A stretch of DNA of 30,007 nt from Hyphomonadaceae bacterium (GTDB lineage: Bacteria > Pseudomonadota > Alphaproteobacteria > Caulobacterales > Hyphomonadaceae): the NCBI GenBank assembly GCA_049318285.1, contig JBMOGP010000001.1, positions 1 to 30,007 on the forward strand, read 5' to 3'. Made by a program: the position numbers and the translations under genes. Below are positions 7,469 through 16,874 of the stretch, piece by piece; position 1 is the stretch's first letter; each line of letters starts with the position of its first letter. Under the pieces are notes generated by a model. The model was not told where the DNA came from. It saw only the letters and a program-made list of their open reading frames with translations, and did no database searches.

Positions 7469-7760
7469 CGCCTCGCCGATGCAGCAGGTCGATCTCCGGC
7501 CTGACCGCAGGCTTCCACAACAGCCCGGCGAGCGCGGCTCGCCGCCCGGCGCCCCGAACGCGCACATCTGGTCCTGCAACTCCTGCAGCACGCGCCCATG
7601 CTGTATGCGCCCCTGCCCATACTTCGCGGACACCGGCTTGGCGCGATCACGCTTGCCCTTAGACGCATGCTCCCGCATCGCCGCCTCATCCACCGGCGTA
7701 TCCTCTGCGCGCTCAGCTTCGCCCATACTCAAAGGCCGGCCTCAGTCTATCCATTGTCAT
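7449..7760 (-). pseudogene. degenerate C-terminal fragment of a phage/GTA large terminase subunit
   Basis: 7669-7526 encodes HASKGKRDRAKPVSAKYGQGRIQHGRVLQELQDQMCAFGAPGGEPRSP, matching the terminase motif HASRGKxxRAEPVAALYEQGRVxH...LEDQM...SP. The following DRxDALVWA is absent, and a shifted frame gives LLWKPAVRPEIDLL. Confidence 0.75.
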
Positions 7761-8108
7761 GATCTCCTCGCAGGCGCGCACACGGCGCTGCAGTGAAGGA
7801 TTATCGCGCGGATTTTTGCCCCGCCGCCTAAGCCGCGCAAACTCGCGAAATCCTTCACCTCGACCCGAGTGTTATCTCCCACGTTTGCAGTCAGTGGGTT
7901 CCAGTCCCCGCCCGCCAAAGGCAGGGAAGGCAGCACACGGAGCGTGAGGGAAGTAGCCGCCTGCGAGGCAGGCAGATGTCGAAAAAACGTGACCCCAGTC
8001 TGCATCAACACACAGGACCCTCCCCCTAGGGCACGCTTCCCAAGCCTTCCGGCAGGGTCATAGTGTCTGATCAGACCCGGCGAACGGGCGGTCAATGGGA
8101 GGACGGAC

Positions 8109-9881
8109 ATGCGGTCACGCAATCGGCTTTGCATCCTGGCGATTGGCGCCAAGCTCGCACTCGGCGCCTGCGCCACGGAGCCGGCGTATGTCATTCCCGC
8201 AACACCGGCCGAGCGGCTCGCCGCCATGCGGCCCGTCACGCAGGCGATGCTGCAGACGCCCTCGCCCGGCGACTGGATACAGCTGGGCCGCACCTATGAC
8301 GGCCAGAACTACAGTCCCCTCAACACGATCACCCGCACCAATGTGAAAGACCTCGCGCCGGCGTGGCGCGCGAAGCTCGCGCCCGGCCTCAGCATGCCGA
8401 GCCTGCTCGTGCATGACGGCGTGATGTTCCTGCACACCGCGCCCGACACCGTGCTCGCGCTCGACGCCGTCACCGGACAGGAGATGTGGCGCCACACGCA
8501 TACGCCCGAAAACGGTTCGACGATGAAGATGGGCGTCGGCCTCGGCGGCGGGCATGTGTATGCGCCGACCTCCGACCTGCACGTCATCGCGCTCGATGCG
8601 CGCACCGGCGCCAAGACGTGGGACCACAAGATCGAGCTGAGTGCGCCTGCTACAAGCCGCATGGTGTTCAACCTGCGTAGCGCCCCCATGGTGGTCGGCG
8701 ATATGGTGATCCAGGCCGTGACCGCCAGCGCGGGGCCGGGTGGCGGCTTCATCGTGGCGCTCGACATCGCGACGGGCAAGGAGGTGTGGCGCTTCTACAC
8801 GCTCGCGCGTCCCGGCGCGCCGGGCGGCAACACCTGGAACGACGTCCCGCTGGAAAAGCGCACCGGCGGGTCGGTGTGGGACAAGGGCACTTATGACCCG
8901 GAGCTGAACCTTCTCTATTTCGGCGCCGGACCGACCTATGACACCGCCGTGCTGGCGAAACGGTCGGAGCTTCCCGGGGTCACGAATGACGCGCTCTACA
9001 CCAACGCCACGATGGCGCTAAATGCCGACACCGGCCAGCTCAAATGGCACTACCAGCACGTCTCCAACGACCAGTGGGATCTCGACTGGGCGTTCGAGCG
9101 CACAATCGCGACGGTCAAGGTCAATGGCCGCGACCGCAAGGTGGTGATGAATGTCGGCAAGATGGGGGTGCTCGATGCGCTCGACGCCGCCACAGGGGAA
9201 TACCTCTTCTCGATAGACGCCGGCACGCAGAACATGATCACCGCGATCGATCGGAAGACCGGCAAGAAGACGATCGATCCGCAGCGCTATCCCGATCCGT
9301 CGCGCGACACGATCTACTGCCCGAGCCCTTCGGGCGCGCGCGCATGGCCGCCGACATCGTTCAGCCCGTCGACGGGGATGCTGTACCTGCCGCTGACCGA
9401 GTGGTGCGCGAAAATGGGCAATCAGGGCTCAGCCCTGCTGAGCGCGCCCGGTGCCAAGATTTCCGAAGCCGATCACCCGGACGCGATTGCAGACGGCAAG
9501 ATGGGTCTGCTGCAGGCGATGGATGTCAGCGGCGGCAAGCGAGCCTGGCGCCGCGACCTGGAGTCGCCGATTTCCACGTCGGCGCTGGCGACGGCCGGCG
9601 GCCTCGTGTTCATCGGCGATCTCGACCCCGCCCTGAAGGCGTTCGACGATCGCGACGGCACGCTGCTGTGGAGCGCCAGGCTGGATGGCAACCCGAACTC
9701 AATCCTTATGACCTACAGCGTCGGCGCGACCCAGTATGTCGCCGTCGTCACCGGCATGGGCAACTACCACATCGGAGCGATGGCGCCGCGCTATGACAGG
9801 TTCCGTGTCTCGCGCGGCCTCCCCGCCATGCCGAAACCCACCGCCCAACCTTCTGTGCACGTGTTCGCACTGAGCAAATAG
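8109..9881 (+). CDS. PQQ-dependent dehydrogenase-like beta-propeller lipoprotein (atypical active site)
   Basis: Lipobox LGAC, DWIQLGRTYDGQNYSPL, repeated ALDAxTGxxxW W-docking motifs, GGSVW, WHYQHVSNDQWDLD, TAGGLVFIGD. Confidence 0.9.
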   Translation: MRSRNRLCILAIGAKLALGACATEPAYVIPATPAERLAAMRPVTQAMLQTPSPGDWIQLGRTYDGQNYSPLNTITRTNVKDLAPAWRAKLAPGLSMPSLLVHDGVMFLHTAPDTVLALDAVTGQEMWRHTHTPENGSTMKMGVGLGGGHVYAPTSDLHVIALDARTGAKTWDHKIELSAPATSRMVFNLRSAPMVVGDMVIQAVTASAGPGGGFIVALDIATGKEVWRFYTLARPGAPGGNTWNDVPLEKRTGGSVWDKGTYDPELNLLYFGAGPTYDTAVLAKRSELPGVTNDALYTNATMALNADTGQLKWHYQHVSNDQWDLDWAFERTIATVKVNGRDRKVVMNVGKMGVLDALDAATGEYLFSIDAGTQNMITAIDRKTGKKTIDPQRYPDPSRDTIYCPSPSGARAWPPTSFSPSTGMLYLPLTEWCAKMGNQGSALLSAPGAKISEADHPDAIADGKMGLLQAMDVSGGKRAWRRDLESPISTSALATAGGLVFIGDLDPALKAFDDRDGTLLWSARLDGNPNSILMTYSVGATQYVAVVTGMGNYHIGAMAPRYDRFRVSRGLPAMPKPTAQPSVHVFALSK

Positions 9882-9963
9882 CGCGCCGGCCTACCCGATC
9901 ACTCACCCACCGCCTTGGCGCCTGCCCCAAACCACGTAGGCTTGATACAAACGGAGAAACGCG

Positions 9964-10794
9964 ATGGCCCATGCCTACGAAGACATCCTTTATTCAGCCG
10001 AGGACGGCGTTGCGTGGGTGACGCTCAACCGTCCGGACAAGCTCAACGCCTGGCGCGGTGAAATGGATCGCGACGTACGGCACGCCATGCGCGCCGCCAG
10101 CGATGACGCCAGCGTGCGCGTGATCGTGCTCACTGGAGCTGGCAAGGGCTTCTGCGCCGGAGCCGACATGGGCATGCTGCAGACCATCCAGTCCGGCGAG
10201 GCCGCGACATCGCGCGGCGCCGTGGATGCGGCAACGCCATGGGACGCAAGCGCCAACCCGAATTTCCAGAAGCAGTATTCCTGGTTTCCTGCCGTACCGA
10301 AGCCAATCATCGCAGCCATCAATGGCCCGGCCGCCGGGCTAGGCATGATCATGTCGCTCTACTGCGACATCCGCATCGCAAGCGACACTGCGAAGTTCAC
10401 CACGGCCTTCGCCCGCCGAGGCCTGATCGCAGAACATGGAATTTCGTGGCTGCTGCCGCGTCTCATCGGGTTCAGCGCGGCGGCGGACCTGCTGTATTCC
10501 TCGCGCGTCATCAGCGCCGCCGAAGCGCTGCAGATGCGGCTGGTCAACCGGGTGATCCCCGCGGCCGACTTCGCCAGCGAAGTTGCAGCCTACGCCCGCA
10601 TGCTGGCCCACGAAGTCTCACCCCGTTCGCTGCGCGAGATGAAGCGCGAAATCTGGAACGCGCAGTTCCAGTCCCTCGGCGATGCTATCGAAAGCGCCAA
10701 CGGCGACATGATCCCCAGCTTCAAGTCGGAAGACTTCAAGGAAGGCGTCGCACACTTTGTAGAGAAGCGTGCGGCGAAATTCACCGGGCGGTAG
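9964..10794 (+). CDS. enoyl-CoA hydratase/isomerase (crotonase) family protein
   Basis: VTLNRPDKLNA, FCAGADM, KPIIAAINGPAAGLG, EGVAHFVEKR. The two canonical hydratase glutamates are replaced, and a Glu sits in GLIAEHG (the PaaG-type Asp position). Confidence 0.95.
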   Translation: MAHAYEDILYSAEDGVAWVTLNRPDKLNAWRGEMDRDVRHAMRAASDDASVRVIVLTGAGKGFCAGADMGMLQTIQSGEAATSRGAVDAATPWDASANPNFQKQYSWFPAVPKPIIAAINGPAAGLGMIMSLYCDIRIASDTAKFTTAFARRGLIAEHGISWLLPRLIGFSAAADLLYSSRVISAAEALQMRLVNRVIPAADFASEVAAYARMLAHEVSPRSLREMKREIWNAQFQSLGDAIESANGDMIPSFKSEDFKEGVAHFVEKRAAKFTGR

Positions 10795-10853
10795 GGTGAA
10801 GTGCTGCCTCGCCAAAAGCGAAGGGGTGTAGGCTAATCGGACAGAGAGGGCTC

Positions 10854-10892
10854 TAGCGGCGGGGGATGCCTGCCGCCCCTCCGCCGCCGCTA
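10854..10892. terminator. GC-rich hairpin between convergent genes, possible terminator
   Basis: Perfect 9-bp inverted repeat TAGCGGCGG (10854-10862) / CCGCCGCTA (10884-10892). No U-tract. Confidence 0.35.
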
Positions 10893-10965
10893 CCTGGTTC
10901 AGCGCAGACCGCTTCTCCTGGGCCTTTTTCGTCGAGATGTCGTCCGCCCAGCCATGGGGACGGGA

Positions 10966-12951
10966 TCATCGGCCCCCGTCCCTCGCCTCCACCGCCGCGA
11001 ACGCGGACGACAGGCGGCGGTAGAAGTTGAGGCGGTCCATGTCTTCGTTGGAGAGGTATTCCTCGGCTTTCTTGGCGCCGGGGAGAGGTTCGGGCGTGAT
11101 GCCTGCGTGGGCGACCTGCATCATGTTGGCCCAGATGCGCGCCGACATCTCGCCGCCGGTGATGCGCGCCATCGGCGTGTCGTCGTCATTGCCGACCCAG
11201 ACGCCGCCGACGAACCGCGTGGTGTATCCGAGGAACCAGGCGTCGCGCCATTCCTGGCTGGTTCCGGTCTTGCCCGCAATGTCCCAGCCGCCAAAGCGCG
11301 CCGCGCCGCCCGTACCGTTCACAACGACGCGGCTGAGCATTCCGTTCATCTGGGCGGCGAGGTCTTCGGGATAGATGCGCGGCGACTGGGCGACTGGATT
11401 TGAATAAAGAAGATCGCCCTTCGAGTTACGGATTTCCTCGATGATGTAGGGCGATATCTTGAGGCCGCCCTTGGCGAGCACGCCGAAGGCCGCGACCATC
11501 TCGTAGAGCGTCACCTCATCCGAGCCGAGCGTGATGGAAGGGAAGTTGTGCAGGTCCGACGTGATGCCGAATTCGTGAGCGAGCGCGGTCACCTTTGGAA
11601 TACCGATCTCGTAGCCGACCTGCGCCGCAACCGTGTTGAGCGATTCAGCCAGCGCTTCGGAAAGCGTGACGGCACCGCGATACTCGCCGCCGTAGTTGCG
11701 CGGGCGCCAGTTCTGGATCGTCACCGGCATGTCGAAGCGCACAGTACCTGGGGTTAGGCCATCTTCCAGGGCTGCGGCAAAAACGAACATCTTGAACGCC
11801 GAGCCCGGCTGCCGCCGCGCCTGCGTGGCGCGATTGAACTTGGATTTCCTGTAGTCGCGCCCGCCGACCATCGCGCGGATCGCGCCGGTGGCGTTGTCGA
11901 CCAGGATCGCAGCACCCTCCGAGGCGCGACGATCCCGGCCCATTGAGGAGATACCATTCTCGACGGCCTTCTGGGCCGCCTGCTGGAGCTTCATGTCAAG
12001 CGAGAGCTTGATGACCATGTCGGGCGGCGGATTGGGCAGAAGGTCAGCGACGCGTTCTATCGCGTAGTCCAGCGCGTGGCTGGTGAAAGGGTCTGACTTC
12101 GGCGTGGCGAAGACCAGCTTCTGTGCAGCAGCCTCGTCACGCGCAGCCTTCGTGATAAAACCGGCCTCGATCATCTGGTCGAGCACGTAGGCCTGGCGCT
12201 CCTTTGCCCTGGTGCTCTGGGCCTGCTGGGCGAGGCGCGAGGGCGCCTTTGGGAAGGAGGCGAGCATCGCGGCTTCGGCGATCGTCAGGTCGGCCGGCGC
12301 CTTGTTGAAGAAGGTGTGCGCGGCCGCGTCGACGCCCCATGCGCCCGCGCCGAGATAGATGCGGTTGAGGTAGAGGTCGAGGATGTCATCCTTGCTCAGA
12401 AGGCGTTCGAGGTCGCCGGCGAGGCGGGCTTCCTGCGCCTTGCGCTTGATCGTCTGGTCCGGCGTCAGGAAAAGGTTCTTGACCAGCTGCTGCGTGATCG
12501 TGGAGGCGCCCTCCACCGTGCGGCCGGCGCGGGCGTTGGCCAGCATGGCGCGCATGATCGCCGACATGTCGACGCCAGTGTGCTCGCGGAAGCGTTTGTC
12601 TTCGGCGGCGATGAAGGCGTTGGTGACGTGCGGCGGCAGCGTCTTGGCCGAGACGGCGCGGCCGTATCTGAAGCCGCGCACGGCGATGGTCTGGCCCTGG
12701 GTGTCGATGAATTCCACCGCAGGCTCGCGGTTCAGCGTCCAAAGCGTTTCGCGGTCGGGCAGTGCGGGCATCTGGGCGAACAACGAGTTCCAGAGGAAGC
12801 CGAAGGTGATCAGGCCCACGGCGGCGGCTGTCCCCACGGTCTTGAAGATCGGCGGGCCCCATTTCATGAGCGGGCTGCTCACTGCGTGCGTCGCCATGCT
12901 CGTGCCGTCAGCCTCCAGGGGCGATACGTATGTCGCCGCCCCCACCCCCAC
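10966..12951 (-). CDS. class A penicillin-binding protein (PBP1A family, transglycosylase/transpeptidase)
   Basis: GT motifs EDKRF, GASTITQQLVKN, RKAQE; TP motifs SAFK, SLN, KTG; N-terminal TM anchor. True start may be ATG 12897. Confidence 0.95.
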   Translation of the reverse strand: MGVGAATYVSPLEADGTSMATHAVSSPLMKWGPPIFKTVGTAAAVGLITFGFLWNSLFAQMPALPDRETLWTLNREPAVEFIDTQGQTIAVRGFRYGRAVSAKTLPPHVTNAFIAAEDKRFREHTGVDMSAIMRAMLANARAGRTVEGASTITQQLVKNLFLTPDQTIKRKAQEARLAGDLERLLSKDDILDLYLNRIYLGAGAWGVDAAAHTFFNKAPADLTIAEAAMLASFPKAPSRLAQQAQSTRAKERQAYVLDQMIEAGFITKAARDEAAAQKLVFATPKSDPFTSHALDYAIERVADLLPNPPPDMVIKLSLDMKLQQAAQKAVENGISSMGRDRRASEGAAILVDNATGAIRAMVGGRDYRKSKFNRATQARRQPGSAFKMFVFAAALEDGLTPGTVRFDMPVTIQNWRPRNYGGEYRGAVTLSEALAESLNTVAAQVGYEIGIPKVTALAHEFGITSDLHNFPSITLGSDEVTLYEMVAAFGVLAKGGLKISPYIIEEIRNSKGDLLYSNPVAQSPRIYPEDLAAQMNGMLSRVVVNGTGGAARFGGWDIAGKTGTSQEWRDAWFLGYTTRFVGGVWVGNDDDTPMARITGGEMSARIWANMMQVAHAGITPEPLPGAKKAEEYLSNEDMDRLNFYRRLSSAFAAVEARDGGR

Positions 12952-13027
12952 ATAGCATCACGCCTTGGCATGTCACGTAGCGCGCACCCGCCCGGCTGCA
13001 ATGCCTCAGACGCAGTAGGATCCCAAA

Positions 13028-14383
13028 CTAATTTTCATTTTTCCCTGCCCCCGCATCGTCTGCGTCCGCCGTCACCCGCGAAGGCGGCGGCGATGAAGCC
13101 TGCGAAGGTGGGTTGTACCTGTTTCCCCCGGAAGGGGGCGGAGGGCTGGAGTTCCGAACCTGAGGCAGGGCAGACGCCGCAGGCGGCGACGAACTCGGAT
13201 TCCGGAACAGCGACGACGCAGCCGGCGGAGGCGGCGGCGAAACTGCGGGCGGCCGATTGTAGCGGTTGCCGCCTGCCGAAGCCGGCGGAGGCGGGGTTGA
13301 CTGTAGAGGCGGCGGCGTCGCGCCAGGCGGCGGCTTCTGTCCGCTAAACAGCGGTGGATAGGTTTTCGGCGCGTTGTTTTTGTCGCGGTCATCGCGCTCA
13401 CGCGCCCAGGGCAGGCCATCGCCCCCACCATAGCGCCAGCCGCGATCCCAGTGATGGTCGTGGTAACTGTTCCAGCCATAACCGCGCCCGCCGCGGATCC
13501 AGTCGAGCCGCTGCCATGCCGTGTCGTACCACACGCCCCAGGGGTACATTCGGCGATACTCTTCGTAAGCCCAGATATCGTCCATCATGGCCGCGTAGCG
13601 CCAGGCCTCGTAATCACGTTCGCGAAGGTCCGAGATCTGGCGCGACGCTTCCACGCGCCAGCGACCCCAAGGCTGCGACTGAAGGTAGAAGTCGTAGGCC
13701 CCGATCGAGTTGTCGGCGAGCGCGCGGCGCCACGCCTCGTCGTCGCGGCGGTAGATCAGGTCGATCTCGATACGCGCCTCGTCGACCCATTCCGACCGCG
13801 GATAGGCGCGGATGAACTCCTCGATCTCGACGGGCGTGCCAGAGCGCTTCGCTTTCACGAAGGCGCCCTGGTCGGTTTTCCACAGAACATCCAGACGCGC
13901 ACGCGCATTGGCGGCATTGGCGCCGCGCGGCCAGTCATCGAGGAAGACTTCGTAGCTTTCGATCTGATCCATGGCGCGAACCTCCGCCCAGTCGGCCTTC
14001 TCTTCGGCGGCGAGGCGGGGAGCGGCCAGGACGGCGCGGCGTGCATCAGCCACCTCGGCGTTCGCGCCCCAAGGGAAGCGGGCGAGGTAGGCAACGTAGC
14101 TATCTTCCGTATCCGCCCGCTTAGCCGACGTGTAAGCTTCCGCTTCGATGCGGATCAGTTCGTCCGTGCGGCGCTGGGCGTTGACGACATACTGTCCATC
14201 GGGGTGGACACGCATGTATTCCGCATAGGCTGGCGGGGTGTCGATCCGGGCCGCCTGGCTCCAGTCCATCCGGTGAAGCTCTTCCGGGGTCGGGCCGGTT
14301 TCACATGCGGCAAGCAGGGCGATCGCAGAAACTGCGGCGGCGAGCCCGGCAACCCGGCGATGACGCTTTGTATGATCAGACAT
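13028..14383 (-). CDS. lipoprotein with six helical repeats and an aromatic/Pro-rich C-terminal tail (451 aa)
   Basis: GGGAGG RBS before ATG 14383, lipobox LAAC, repeats described in the next feature. Confidence 0.85.
   Translation of the reverse strand: MSDHTKRHRRVAGLAAAVSAIALLAACETGPTPEELHRMDWSQAARIDTPPAYAEYMRVHPDGQYVVNAQRRTDELIRIEAEAYTSAKRADTEDSYVAYLARFPWGANAEVADARRAVLAAPRLAAEEKADWAEVRAMDQIESYEVFLDDWPRGANAANARARLDVLWKTDQGAFVKAKRSGTPVEIEEFIRAYPRSEWVDEARIEIDLIYRRDDEAWRRALADNSIGAYDFYLQSQPWGRWRVEASRQISDLRERDYEAWRYAAMMDDIWAYEEYRRMYPWGVWYDTAWQRLDWIRGGRGYGWNSYHDHHWDRGWRYGGGDGLPWARERDDRDKNNAPKTYPPLFSGQKPPPGATPPPLQSTPPPPASAGGNRYNRPPAVSPPPPPAASSLFRNPSSSPPAASALPQVRNSSPPPPSGGNRYNPPSQASSPPPSRVTADADDAGAGKNEN
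13496..14263 (-). repeat. six tandem protein repeats, each with a conserved core of about 36 aa (W/Y/F-xx-A...AY..Y/F...P.G....A...L)
   Basis: WSQAARIDTPPAYAEYMRVHPDG, YTSAKRADTEDSYVAYLARFPWG, WAEVRAMDQIESYEVFLDDWPRG, FVKAKRSGTPVEIEEFIRAYPRS, WRRALADNSIGAYDFYLQSQPWG, WRYAAMMDDIWAYEEYRRMYPWG. Confidence 0.85.
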
Positions 14384-14527
14384 GATCCAGTCCTCCCGTC
14401 TCTCAGCCCTACATGAAGGATTATGAACGGGAGTGGAATGGCAACAGCCATCGCCGACCGAAACTGACGCGCTTGACGAATGGCCCCCCAAAGCGCCCCA
14501 TCCGTTAAAGGAAACGAGGAGGAAACC

Positions 14528-16795
14528 ATGCCGACAAGACTGCTCAGCGGCGTTGCGGCCGTCGCTCTGCTAGCCTCGTGCATCGGCGCACCTGGGGCTG
14601 TCGATGCGGGCATGTCGGCTGAAATCCGGCGTACCGCCTATGGCGTGCCGCATATCAAGGCGGACGACTATGCCGGGCTTGGCTACGGCTTGGGCTATGC
14701 AGCAGCAGAGGACAATGTCTGCGAGATAGCCGAGCGCTTTCTCACTGTGTCGGGCGAGCGCACGAAATTCCTGGGTCGGGGGGAGAACGACGCCAATCTC
14801 AACAGTGACCTCTACCACAAGCGCCTGATCGCCAGCGGCGAGCTCGAGAAACTTCTCAACGGACCAGCCAACTCACCCGACACGCCCAGCGCCGATGCTC
14901 GTGCGATGGCGCGCGGCTACGCCGCTGGTTTCTCGCGCTATGTGCGCGAAACCGGCATCGCGAACATCACGGACCCACGCTGCAGGCATGCTGGCTGGGT
15001 GCGGGAGTTGACCGAGACTGACTACTGGCGGCATCAGCTTGCCGGACAAGTCATCACGCAGCTCAACGGCGTGGTGAGCGCGCAGCCGCCGGGCGCGGGC
15101 AATCAGGCGTCAATCGCGGACGATCCCTTTATCGAGACCACGCAGCTCGGCAGCAATGCCTACGGGCTCGGGAAAGACGTGACGCAGTCCGGGCGCGGCA
15201 TGCTGCTGGGCAACCCGCACTATCCCTGGGACGGCATGAACCGGTTCTACCGGATGCACCTCACCATTCCGGGCAAGCTGAATGTTGTCGGCGCCGGCCT
15301 CGTCAGCAACGCTTCGGTCGGTATCGGTCACACCGAGCATATCGCGTGGACGCACACCGTCTCGACAGCGCGCCGCTATGGCATGTTCGAGCTGACGCTC
15401 GATCCGAACGATCCGACGCGCTATATTTATGACGGCGTCTCCACCCCGATGACAAGGCTTGACGTCACAGTCGAGGTCAAGGACGAGACGCCCGTGACGC
15501 GCTCGCTCTATACGACACGCTTCGGCGCAGTGGTCGAAACACAGGCCTTCCCGTGGACGAAGACGCAGGCTTACGCACTGCGCAACATTCCCCAGGGCAT
15601 TCGCTCGGCTGACCAGTACATCGCGCTGTGGCAAGCGAAGAATGTGCAGGAGCTGAAGGCCGCTCTCGGCAAGTATCAGGCGACGGGATTCAATACGACA
15701 GCCGTGGACGCGGGGGGTGAGACCTTCTTCGGCGACATGGGCATGATGCCGAACGTCTCGAAGGCGCTTGGTGACAGTTGTGCAAAGTCCGATCTTGCGA
15801 AAAAGCAGTGGGCGGAAACGCGCGTGCCTGTGCTCGATGGCTCGACCTCTGCATGCGACTGGGCGACAGATCGCGACGCCACCGCCCCTGGCGTGTTCGG
15901 CGCCAACAGCACGCCACACCTGTTCCGATCCGACTATGTGAGCCAGAGCAATGATAGCCACTGGCTGACCAACCCGAACCGGCCACTGGCTGGCTTCAGC
16001 CCCATCTTCGGCGATGAAGCGACGGCGCGATCGATCCGCACGCGGCTCGGCATCGACATCGTCAACGACCGCGTCGCGGGCAGCGACGGCCTGCCCGGAT
16101 CGAAGTTCAATCTGGAAACTCTGCAGGGGGCCCTCTACCAGAACCGCCACTTCGGCGCAGAGATGACGCGCGACGATCTGGTGAAGCACTGCAAGTCGCT
16201 GAACGAGGGAAAGCTTGGCCCCGCCTGCTCCGCTCTTGCGGCCTGGGACATGAAGGTGAACCTCGAGAGCCGCGGCGCGCACCTGTTCCATCTATTCGCC
16301 GAGAATGGCGGGCTGCAGTTCAAGGTCCCCTTCAATCCAGCCGACCCGGTCAACACGCCGAACACGCTCGATGTCGCCAACCCGAAAGTGACCGAGGCGC
16401 TGCGCAAGGCGGTCGATCGCTTGGCCGAGCTGCGCATCCCCCTCGATGCGCGCCTTGGCGACATCCAGCGCGAGACACGAAACGGCGAACGGATTCCGAT
16501 CCATGGCGGCGCCGGCCCGGAGGGCGTCTTCAACGTGATCACAGTGGAAAGCCTTGAGCCCGAACTTGGCTGGACCAGCATCCGTCACGGCTCAAGCTGG
16601 ATCATGACGGTCGAGTTCACGCCCGACGGTCCCAGGAGCCAGGGCATGCTCACTTACTCGCAATCAGTGAACCCAGACTCGCCGAACTATTCTGACCAGA
16701 CGCACGCCTATTCGCGAAAGCAGTGGGACAACCTGCGTTTCAGCGAGAACGAGGTTGAGGCGGGGACGCTCTCGCGCAAGAACATTTCAGAATAA
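14528..16795 (+). CDS. Ntn-hydrolase acylase (penicillin acylase / PvdQ-like AHL acylase family)
   Basis: GAGGAGG RBS, LASC lipobox-like signal, IRRTAYGVPHI, catalytic Ser in GSNAYGLG, LLGNPHYPW, RFYRMHLTIPG, QSNDSHWLTNP, LTYSQS. Confidence 0.92.
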   Translation: MPTRLLSGVAAVALLASCIGAPGAVDAGMSAEIRRTAYGVPHIKADDYAGLGYGLGYAAAEDNVCEIAERFLTVSGERTKFLGRGENDANLNSDLYHKRLIASGELEKLLNGPANSPDTPSADARAMARGYAAGFSRYVRETGIANITDPRCRHAGWVRELTETDYWRHQLAGQVITQLNGVVSAQPPGAGNQASIADDPFIETTQLGSNAYGLGKDVTQSGRGMLLGNPHYPWDGMNRFYRMHLTIPGKLNVVGAGLVSNASVGIGHTEHIAWTHTVSTARRYGMFELTLDPNDPTRYIYDGVSTPMTRLDVTVEVKDETPVTRSLYTTRFGAVVETQAFPWTKTQAYALRNIPQGIRSADQYIALWQAKNVQELKAALGKYQATGFNTTAVDAGGETFFGDMGMMPNVSKALGDSCAKSDLAKKQWAETRVPVLDGSTSACDWATDRDATAPGVFGANSTPHLFRSDYVSQSNDSHWLTNPNRPLAGFSPIFGDEATARSIRTRLGIDIVNDRVAGSDGLPGSKFNLETLQGALYQNRHFGAEMTRDDLVKHCKSLNEGKLGPACSALAAWDMKVNLESRGAHLFHLFAENGGLQFKVPFNPADPVNTPNTLDVANPKVTEALRKAVDRLAELRIPLDARLGDIQRETRNGERIPIHGGAGPEGVFNVITVESLEPELGWTSIRHGSSWIMTVEFTPDGPRSQGMLTYSQSVNPDSPNYSDQTHAYSRKQWDNLRFSENEVEAGTLSRKNISE

Positions 16796-16874
16796 AGCGA
16801 CGCGCTCGCCCGCCGATGCACCCACCTGCTCGAACCCTGCATTTCCGAGCAAGGGTCGGCCGATGGAGCAATGC

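Noticed and set aside
7757-8005. 82-aa minus-strand ORF whose TGA overlaps ATG 7760, with GGDW and GGGAKIRA faintly resembling the terminase N-terminus/Walker A
   Set aside because: The spacing does not fit the DW...GGRGAGKT motif and there is no true GKT. Likely coincidence unless a frameshift-aware search shows otherwise.
10795-10968. Readthrough of the PBP TGA, or a coupled 38-aa peptide (ATGA overlap)
   Set aside because: No recognisable homology, Gly-rich low complexity, and it overlaps the GC hairpin. Insufficient evidence.
14472-14501. CTTGAC...CCCCAT as a sigma-32 promoter for the acylase
   Set aside because: The spacer is 18 nt, longer than the usual sigma-32 spacing.
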